A stretch of 64,000 nt of DNA from Rhodanobacteraceae bacterium (lineage in GTDB: Bacteria > Pseudomonadota > Gammaproteobacteria > Xanthomonadales > SZUA-5), in assembly GCA_031409855.1 (NCBI GenBank), contig JANNYA010000215.1:10260-74259 (forward strand), written 5' to 3'. Under the pieces are notes generated by a model that was given only the letters and a program-made list of their open reading frames with translations, searched no databases and was not told where the DNA came from. The position numbers and the translations under genes are program-made. Shown here in pieces: positions 57,459-64,000 of this stretch. The stretch's first letter is position 1. Each line of letters starts with the position of its first letter.

Positions 57459-58084
57459 GGAGCGCTCAGGAACTTAGCCCAAAGATGCAGATAAGCGCGG
57501 AACTCTATCGCGTCGTGCAGCAATTGTCGGGGCCATCACCCCTTGGCCCAGGCTTTTTAATAAACGCCCTGCTGGAAGAAGCGCTTCGCGCGCCTGAAAT
57601 CATTGACCGAGCGCGGCTTTTGCTGGCCGAAGCACTTCGTCGGCACGCAGACGGTGTTGAACGCGGCCTTTGTAAGCGCCGCAAAACGCCTATCGACACG
57701 CTCGCACGTCCAATCGCGCCGGATCCACTACAAATTCAGTTCTTCGGCTGGATTCAAGAACAAGTGAAGACGACTGCAATTAACCACCCTGCCAGTTCCA
57801 TCCACACGCATCAGGATGGCTTGCTCCTCGCAAGCCCTCGCATTTTCCAAGATTTTGCCGAAGCAACGAACTGCAGCTGGCGCGACTGCCAAAAGACTGT
57901 ATTCAAATCGGACTGCATCGAAACCTCAGACCGTCGCACTATAAAGCGCTACCGCTTGGCAGTAAGAGCAAAAAACCGCATGCCCTACCTTAACTGCGTC
58001 GTGGTGTGGCCCGAGGCCTGTAAGGATCTATTCGGCGAATTGCCTGCGCCAAACCCCATCATTGTCGAGCGTGTGTCGTGGTGA
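57455..58084 (+). CDS. RHH-like N-terminus fused to a paralogue of the MOBH relaxase C-terminal domain
   Basis: IHTHQDGLLLASPRIFQDFA aligns with relaxase LHVHEDGLLLVTPKIFKAFA; LNCVVVWPEACKDLFGELPAPN aligns with LRCAVVVPSACKVLFNALPEQN. Confidence 0.78.
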   Translation: MRSAQELSPKMQISAELYRVVQQLSGPSPLGPGFLINALLEEALRAPEIIDRARLLLAEALRRHADGVERGLCKRRKTPIDTLARPIAPDPLQIQFFGWIQEQVKTTAINHPASSIHTHQDGLLLASPRIFQDFAEATNCSWRDCQKTVFKSDCIETSDRRTIKRYRLAVRAKNRMPYLNCVVVWPEACKDLFGELPAPNPIIVERVSW

Positions 58085-58608
58085 ATACCTACAAACTAAT
58101 CAAAACCGAGTCCGGCTGTACCCTGATGTTTCTTCGTGACGACGGCAGTGAACACGAATACGAGCGCTGGACCTTTTCAAACAAAGATTTCAATGCGTCG
58201 GCCGACCGTGCTGCTGGCTGTTTTCCAACTGCCTATAACCTAGCGTGCGCACACGCGCGCGGTGACGCACACGCACTACCCAAGCCAGATGGCAGCACGG
58301 TGTTGCTGACATCGTATGTTTATACAACACGTCGCGATCATGCCAGCGCCAGCGACGACCGTTTAGAGGTGCTCCGCGTCGGCTTGGAATATCGCCTGTA
58401 CGAAGTACGCGCGCAGCTTGGCTTTTATTTTAACCGCAGCGCGCCTATGCGCGAGGATTACACTGCCCGAGGCGAATACAGATCCCTTGCCGAGGCAGCC
58501 CAAGCGCTTTGCAGCTTTCTGGAAGACTTTGCCCAGGACGAATCCGCATGGCGCGAAGCCAGTCAGGAATGGCAGTCTGAGCAAGATCGAGAAATGGGGA
58601 TTGCATGA
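58081..58608 (+). CDS. Hypothetical protein
   Basis: Coupled ORF of about 175 aa with acidic C-terminus. Confidence 0.65.
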   Translation: MNTYKLIKTESGCTLMFLRDDGSEHEYERWTFSNKDFNASADRAAGCFPTAYNLACAHARGDAHALPKPDGSTVLLTSYVYTTRRDHASASDDRLEVLRVGLEYRLYEVRAQLGFYFNRSAPMREDYTARGEYRSLAEAAQALCSFLEDFAQDESAWREASQEWQSEQDREMGIA

Positions 58609-59255
58609 ACACGATCACCAATGATATCACCCGCACCTTGTCCAACTTTCGCACGCTGCCAGGTTTCGATGGCTTCGTAAAACTCCTGGCCAGCTTGTTG
58701 TTATTGCTGTTTGTGCTCAATGCGCTGAGCGCATACGCACACACGGGCCGCTGGGTATTTCTAGCCGTGCTGATCGGCGAAACCCTCACGGTGGTGATCT
58801 ATTTGGCGGCCAGGCGGCCAACACAGGTGGACACCAGTCTGAGCGCCAGCGTCGCGACCACGCTAGCCACCTTCTATTTTATGGCCTTTGATTTGGAATC
58901 AGGAATCCCAGTCCTGCCTATTCTGGGCGTCGCGCTTCAGATTGTTGGACTAGCGTGGCAAATTGCCGCAAAACTCACGCTCGGCCGCTCCTTCGGCATG
59001 CTGCCGGCTGCGCGCGGACTGGTCACCGGCGGGCCGTACCGCTTCGTGCGCCATCCGATCTATTTGGGTTATTTTGTCGCGCACATCGGCTTTTTACTGG
59101 GCGCATTTTCGCTCAAGAACGCGTGTTTGCTAATCGGCTTATATCTGCTGCAGTCGGTTCGCATTCGCAAAGAAGAGCAATTGCTGGCCCAGTCGCCGGC
59201 TTATTTGACCTACCGCGCCAACGTGCGCTGGCGGGTTTTGCCGGGGGTTTATTGA
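58605..59255 (+). CDS. Isoprenylcysteine carboxyl methyltransferase (ICMT/PEMT) family membrane protein
   Basis: LGRSFG, LVTGGPYRFVRHPIYLGY, RIRKEE, Y..Y...VRWR..P. Confidence 0.88.
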   Translation: MNTITNDITRTLSNFRTLPGFDGFVKLLASLLLLLFVLNALSAYAHTGRWVFLAVLIGETLTVVIYLAARRPTQVDTSLSASVATTLATFYFMAFDLESGIPVLPILGVALQIVGLAWQIAAKLTLGRSFGMLPAARGLVTGGPYRFVRHPIYLGYFVAHIGFLLGAFSLKNACLLIGLYLLQSVRIRKEEQLLAQSPAYLTYRANVRWRVLPGVY

Positions 59256-59257
59256 TA

Positions 59258-59629
59258 ATGGCCAGACACGCGCGAATGGACGCTCTCCTATCCGACAGCC
59301 CGGATGTACTTACCGAAGACTCCACTGGCAGAATTCTGGTTCGCAATATTGACCAGGCGGTTCTGATCAAGCTGAAAGCGCTGGCAGAGCAAAACGAGCG
59401 CTCGCTCGAGGCAGAATGTCGATTAGCCATCCGCGAATGGGCTGCCCGACAGAACGCGTGTCGCACCGACAAAAATGTATTGCTCGATATGAAACTAATG
59501 ACGTCCGACTGCAAAACCATGCTGCACACGATGATTGAGACATTCAGCAAAATCGTGTTGGATGACGACAGGAGCTACAGCGTAACGATTCAAATTGCGG
59601 CACTTGGTAAGACAGGTACCGCGAATTGA
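59258..59629 (+). CDS. Arc/FitA-like ribbon-helix-helix protein
   Basis: ILVRNIDQAVLIKLKALAEQNERSLEAECRLAI. Confidence 0.75.
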   Translation: MARHARMDALLSDSPDVLTEDSTGRILVRNIDQAVLIKLKALAEQNERSLEAECRLAIREWAARQNACRTDKNVLLDMKLMTSDCKTMLHTMIETFSKIVLDDDRSYSVTIQIAALGKTGTAN

Positions 59630-59663
59630 TATGCCTACTTCACACACAAGAGGAAACTAACGA

Positions 59664-59963
59664 ATGCCTGACCAACTGAAAATTATTCAGCGGCCCTTCG
59701 ACGCGTTTTTGTCGAACGCGGAGATTGTCGAGCTGCAAAAACGATACGACGGGTGCGCAGTGAGTATGCGAGTCATGCTTGTGCTGCTCGGAAAATCTTC
59801 AGGCGAGGTCGACGCGATTGTACGAGTTCGCGACGTTGAATCCATGCAACTCATGCTGGACTCGATTGCCAATTGTGCCAATGCCGGTTTGGCGATGAGC
59901 GAAATGGCAGCGCTCGCCACCGCGCGATTAAACGCGTGCGACGGTCGGTCGGTAACGCACTAG
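59664..59963 (+). CDS. Hypothetical protein
   Basis: 99 aa with AGAGGA RBS. Confidence 0.6.
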   Translation: MPDQLKIIQRPFDAFLSNAEIVELQKRYDGCAVSMRVMLVLLGKSSGEVDAIVRVRDVESMQLMLDSIANCANAGLAMSEMAALATARLNACDGRSVTH

Positions 59964-60142
59964 GTCGGTCTTAGAACGCGGAAAATAAACCACGTTACGC
60001 GGGCCGACGCGGCCTGAATTCGCTCTGTGGCCGTCACCGCTCTCAAACGGTAGACGTTGTTTTTATTTTTCATAAAACCGCAATGTGAAATTTTAGTGCA
60101 TGATTAGACTTTCTTAACGCTTTATTTAAGGGGACTACCACC

Positions 60143-60907
60143 ATGCTTAAAACACTATCGCTGATTTTCATTGGGCTTTTGCTCACCGTGCAGCTGCACG
60201 CCGAGGTTTTGACTAACGAATCCGTCGTCGAAATGGTGAAAATGGGGTTGGGTGAAGAAATTATTCAAGCCAAAATTAGCGCCGGCCCGAACCGATTCGA
60301 TACCAGCACACCCGCCTTGGCGGCGCTGCAAACCAGCAAGGTTTCCGCAAAAATCATCGCCGCCATGATTGGTGCCGGCGCGACCGGCAAGCCGCAAAAC
60401 ACTGCATTAAATGCATATGGCATCGAAACCGTCGGCTCCGAGAGTCAGTTTTATTACGGGCCAGAGGATGACCTGGTTCGCATCAAGCCGATTCGCGTGG
60501 CGAGCCAATTCTCGAACCGTAAGTCCTGGATCCCGATCTACGGTGCCTTTGCCGAACCCGAAGTGTTTTTGTTTATCAAAGGCTCGAATTCCAGCAACGA
60601 ATTGCCATCCGAGAGCAATCCAGCGTTTCGCACATCGCTCGACCCGCTCAATATCCGCTTGGTCAAATTAGGACTGCACAAACGCGGTGATCGTTACATC
60701 GTCTTTCAAGGCTCGAATTCTGAGCGTGAGATTGAACTGGAAAGCAATCAAGATGCGGGCGGCATGTACGTGCTGACCATTCCAAACGCTTTGCAAAGCG
60801 GTGAATACGCCTTTCTTTATAACCCTTCAAACACCACCGGTGGATTCTGGGCCGGGTTTGGGCAACAGGCGGGAACGGCGGTTGCGTTTGATTTTGCGGT
60901 GCAATGA
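60143..60907 (+). CDS. Secreted hypothetical protein
   Basis: Signal peptide; helical LTNESVVEMVKMGL...FDTS...L domain, then a beta-rich domain. Confidence 0.75.
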   Translation: MLKTLSLIFIGLLLTVQLHAEVLTNESVVEMVKMGLGEEIIQAKISAGPNRFDTSTPALAALQTSKVSAKIIAAMIGAGATGKPQNTALNAYGIETVGSESQFYYGPEDDLVRIKPIRVASQFSNRKSWIPIYGAFAEPEVFLFIKGSNSSNELPSESNPAFRTSLDPLNIRLVKLGLHKRGDRYIVFQGSNSEREIELESNQDAGGMYVLTIPNALQSGEYAFLYNPSNTTGGFWAGFGQQAGTAVAFDFAVQ

Positions 60908-60968
60908 AGACGATTGGCAATGCCAGCGCCAATGAGTCTAAAAAACAGACACATTGTCAGTGGAGTAA

Positions 60969-61343
60969 CTAAGTACGGCGCAACATTGGCAATAGCCGCA
61001 GGCGCGTTCGGTCGGTATCTATGGTCAGCAGCGCGCCGGCGCGCAACTCGTCTGCCATTTGCCAAAGCGCTTGAATCACTTTGGCACCGATAACGTCCGG
61101 GCTGACATCGTCCGCGCGAATCTGCACGACGCTTGGCTTCTCACCTTGGTTCGCCGCTAGAATCGCCCCGAAATCGAGGTCATGAGTAAACACCACATAG
61201 TCGTTGGCAGCGGCGTAAGACATGATCTCTGTGTCGCGCGCGTCGCGCTTGCCAAGGGTCGACCAGTGCACAGAATCAATTCCCGACGATGCCAATACCG
61301 CTATCCAGCGTGGCGACAGATTCATATCGATCAACAATTTCAT
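60969..61343 (-). CDS. DUF5615 PIN-like toxin
   Basis: MKLLIDMNLSP, D.EI..YA, VFTHDLDFG, RLRLLP. Confidence 0.9.
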   Translation of the reverse strand: MKLLIDMNLSPRWIAVLASSGIDSVHWSTLGKRDARDTEIMSYAAANDYVVFTHDLDFGAILAANQGEKPSVVQIRADDVSPDVIGAKVIQALWQMADELRAGALLTIDTDRTRLRLLPMLRRT

Positions 61344-61570
61344 GCGCTGAGCAAAACGACCTCACGCTCGTCGCTGCGCCAGGCGGCATAGCGCAGCGCT
61401 TGCAGCACGTCATCGCGCTCTAGGTAGGGATAGTCCACAAGAATATCGTCGATGCTATGGCCAGCACCCACTTGGCCAACTACCATGCCTACCGTGACGC
61501 GCAAACCCCGAATACACGCCTTGCCGCCCATGACATCGGCATTTTGGGTGATGCGATTGAGCTGATCCAT
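61340..61570 (-). CDS. DUF433 antitoxin
   Basis: RIT....MGGKACIRGLRVTV, YPYLE..D...AL.YAA. Confidence 0.92.
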   Translation of the reverse strand: MDQLNRITQNADVMGGKACIRGLRVTVGMVVGQVGAGHSIDDILVDYPYLERDDVLQALRYAAWRSDEREVVLLSA

Positions 61571-61641
61571 GACAACCCTCTTTTTAAAATGTACGTGTAC
61601 AGTAACGACGCGACAATGACCCAGTTGACGATAAAACGGAA

Positions 61642-62142
61642 TTAATCGGTTAGGCCATGGGATGCGATTTTAATCCTCAGTGGCTCGCTTCGGAACGTGG
61701 CGCGCATTGACCGCAATAAGCGCAACTTCGCGCCCCGCAGTAAGTTCCGGCGCAGGCTTGGTGGCAAAGCGTAGTGCCAATAGGGCGGTTTTCCGACCAG
61801 CGCGTCCAGCGCCCCTTCAAAAAACTCGACCCGAGTGACACGCAGTCCAAACGTACTGCCGGGCGGCAAAAAGCACCTCCATGGCGCTGCGTGACGCAAG
61901 ACATTCGGCCGGTAAAGTAACTTCGCATCATGCGCTACGTCCTCAGTTTCACCGCCCCAAGCGACGTGTAATCGCGCGCCGACGCGCGCCGGCTGTCCCG
62001 CCCAATATTTTTCGCCTTTTCGAAATAAATTTATACCGTTATCGCCGTTGAATTTCGCAGTAGAAAACGGCGTAAAGATACCGGTTCGCAAAATCTCAAG
62101 AACACTCCAAGGGCACGTGCTGTGAAAATAGTGGTTTTCCAT
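61642..62142 (-). CDS. Hypothetical protein, possible ADP-ribosyltransferase-like fold
   Basis: N-terminal HYFHST...VLEILRTGIF. Confidence 0.55.
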   Translation of the reverse strand: MENHYFHSTCPWSVLEILRTGIFTPFSTAKFNGDNGINLFRKGEKYWAGQPARVGARLHVAWGGETEDVAHDAKLLYRPNVLRHAAPWRCFLPPGSTFGLRVTRVEFFEGALDALVGKPPYWHYALPPSLRRNLLRGAKLRLLRSMRATFRSEPLRIKIASHGLTD

Positions 62143-62214
62143 AGTTATCCAAATAATTGAAGCGGTTTTTTGTGGAAACTCAACTTCTGTCGCTATTCCC
62201 CACCCAGAGCGGCG

Positions 62215-62862
62215 TTACCGACCAAACATGCGCTCATGCACCCAGCCCTCATTTGTCAAAACAAAGGTGGCGGTAATTGTTTGAGTGGCTTCAGCTTGCT
62301 TTACGTCTCTATCCAGATGGAGCGTAGGTGATTTCGCCCAAGACTGAAAATCCGTGACCTTATAGGTGAAGTTAACGCGTGACGACTTCACACCATTTAC
62401 GTCACTGGGTTCCGTATATTGACCAATGTCAACAAGCTGCTTCGTTGCATAGCAAAACCGGTCGCCAACCAAAAACGGTTTTCCTTTATCAGTCACATCT
62501 ACTTTTAGTACCTCAAATTTCCTAATTTGCGGTGGATCTGAATTATCTGGGTAAGGCTCAGAGCGAGGTTCAATCGCTACGCTTACGAATCCGAGGTCGT
62601 GAAATGCCTTTATGGTACGTTCTTGATGAAACGCCAAGTCTAAAGTCAATGGCGGTGGCGTTGGCGCGAACGGATCCGTTTGAATTTCTACGTCACCCGG
62701 AATACTTTTTAGTCTCCATGACAAATCAGTGCACAACCCATTTGTGTCCAAAAACGCTTGCGCAGCTTTCGCAAAGTTTGCTTTGCTAGGCGCTTTTTGA
62801 TCCACGCTGCAGGCTGATACAACCACCGCAAATAGCGGAATAACTAGCTTAAATGTTTTCAA
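62215..62862 (-). CDS. Uncharacterised lipoprotein
   Basis: Lipobox VSAC; TDKGK, FCYA, YTEP, V.FTY, LTNEGW. Confidence 0.75.
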   Translation of the reverse strand: MKTFKLVIPLFAVVVSACSVDQKAPSKANFAKAAQAFLDTNGLCTDLSWRLKSIPGDVEIQTDPFAPTPPPLTLDLAFHQERTIKAFHDLGFVSVAIEPRSEPYPDNSDPPQIRKFEVLKVDVTDKGKPFLVGDRFCYATKQLVDIGQYTEPSDVNGVKSSRVNFTYKVTDFQSWAKSPTLHLDRDVKQAEATQTITATFVLTNEGWVHERMFGR

Positions 62863-62933
62863 CGATTACTCTGAAAGACTTTCGGATTGTGATCTTGGCA
62901 TCTGTCAATTCAACTGGCAACGACGACATGTGC

Positions 62934-63905
62934 CTAAAACCTTATCCGCTCAATCTCTGCCTGATTCACCTGCTCACGTCTACGGTCATACAGTTGTGTG
63001 GTTGTCGTGGAGCGATGACCGGCAATTTTGGCCGCTGTTTCCAGAGTGCCGCCGTTGGTCAGGTAATTCGTGATGCCACTGCCGCGAAAACTGTGGCAAC
63101 CAATCTCTACCGGCAACCCGACGGCCTTCGCGCGCCGGCGAATCATCACGAAAATATTGCCGCGCAGCATCGGTTTCTCCGTCAAGGCGCCCGTGCGGCC
63201 TTTGACACTCCGAAATAGTGGGGTTTCGCGCTGCTCGGCAATGCCTGCCAATTTTAGATAATCCTCAACGTAACTGGCGGCTTGATGGTGCACAGGCACT
63301 TTGTTTTCGCGCCCGCCTTTCTCGCGCAGTAGGAACCAGGCTTGCGCGCCCTGGCGGTAATAATCTCGCACCCGTAGTTTGGCGGTAGCACTGACACGCG
63401 CAAAGGAATACGCCATTACCGACAAAATCGCACGGTCGCGCGCGTCGATCAATGCCTCTGCATCGAAGCTCGCAAACAGCGTGCGTAATTCTTCCGCCTG
63501 CAGAATCGGTGTTTTGCCGCCTTCTGATATGTGCTTGGGTGGCTTGACCGAGGCCGCCGGGTTGAACGGCAGGCTTTGGCCGGTGACCAGATAGTCAAAC
63601 ATTTGCCGAATTGCGGCAACGTGTTGTTTGACGGTCGACGGCGCACGCTGCTGCGTCAACCTTTCAACATAAGCGGCGACGTGCAATGGTTCAATGTCTT
63701 GCAGTGTTAAACCGAACGAATCCATGGCTTCGAGAAAACTACCGCAGGCTTGGGCATAGGCTTGCCGGGTGTTGACGTTGCGAATGTTGGCCGCGAAGAA
63801 CTCTAAAAAGCGCCGGCCTGTTTTTTCACCCGCTTGGGCGATGACGGTCGGCAGCGTGGGTGCATTTGGCAGAGGCAGAATTGATAGTGCGGTCATGGCT
63901 GACAT
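62934..63905 (-). CDS. Second tyrosine recombinase (resolvase/Xer-like type)
   Basis: FLEFFAANIRN..TR.AY, RDRAI...YSFARVS, EKGG, HSFR, IAGH, TQLYD. Confidence 0.93.
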   Translation of the reverse strand: MSAMTALSILPLPNAPTLPTVIAQAGEKTGRRFLEFFAANIRNVNTRQAYAQACGSFLEAMDSFGLTLQDIEPLHVAAYVERLTQQRAPSTVKQHVAAIRQMFDYLVTGQSLPFNPAASVKPPKHISEGGKTPILQAEELRTLFASFDAEALIDARDRAILSVMAYSFARVSATAKLRVRDYYRQGAQAWFLLREKGGRENKVPVHHQAASYVEDYLKLAGIAEQRETPLFRSVKGRTGALTEKPMLRGNIFVMIRRRAKAVGLPVEIGCHSFRGSGITNYLTNGGTLETAAKIAGHRSTTTTQLYDRRREQVNQAEIERIRF

Positions 63906-63948
63906 TTTTTTGGTACGTCACCAGAGCGTACCAGTTCGGCTTAGGTTA

Positions 63949-63976
63949 TCAATCCATAAAATTAGTTATGTACTGA
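63949..63976. other. 11-6-11 tyrosine-recombinase core site (dif-like)
   Basis: TCAATCCATAA-AATTAG-TTATGTACTGA; arms 9/11 inverted match with inner CATAA/TTATG as in dif. Confidence 0.65.
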
Positions 63977-64000
63977 GTAATCGCCTGACACCCCATGCCA

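Larger units (their letters stand above)
29134..64000. mobile_element. Integrative conjugative element, PFGI-1/pKLC102/ICEclc-like (MPF_G T4SS, MOBH relaxase); right end outside the window
   Basis: Integrase next to the tRNA 3' end, MobH relaxase, syntenic transfer operon, ssb and TA cargo. No second copy of the tRNA 3' end was seen in the window. Confidence 0.93.

Noticed and set aside
59964-62934. Integron attC cassettes, or a partner site for the second recombinase near 60093-60120
   Set aside because: No convincing RYYYAAC...GTTRRRY pairs; the recombinase is not recognisably IntI-like; only one weak half-site match near 60093
29134-64000. attR direct repeat of the tRNA 3' end
   Set aside because: Not found by eye within the window, so the right boundary cannot be called

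Overview
The window has two parts. (1) 1-29056 is core chromosome of a Gammaproteobacterium, probably Xanthomonadales/Lysobacterales-like (inferred from protein style). It carries a truncated autotransporter-repeat protein, an MFS/DUF58/MoxR cluster, polA, mgtE, prpB, mdh, an aminotransferase, a cyclophilin, an Ala-rich lipoprotein, a thiolase, a solitary rplS, a PlpD-like patatin, a TonB/DUF4198/PepSY uptake locus, hemD-hemX-hemY and a saccharopine-dehydrogenase-like gene. (2) A CAT-anticodon tRNA (29057-29133, likely Ile2) is followed by an integrative conjugative element of the PFGI-1/pKLC102/ICEclc type (MPF_G T4SS, MOBH relaxase) that runs off the right edge. It comprises an integrase, a relaxase, an ~18 kb transfer operon (pilL to traG) transcribed divergently from the relaxase, and then a cargo region with several toxin-antitoxin modules, ssb, PG-binding lipoproteins and a second tyrosine recombinase next to an 11-6-11 core site. 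The most unusual observations are: a stand-alone paralogue of the relaxase C-terminal domain fused to an RHH-like N-terminus; a tandem pilin-like gene pair with near-identical proteins but many synonymous DNA differences; an unannotated 51-aa ParD-like mini-antitoxin between integrase and relaxase, plus other orphan antitoxins; and a structured oriT/regulatory region. Family names come from motif recognition and synteny, not from database searches.
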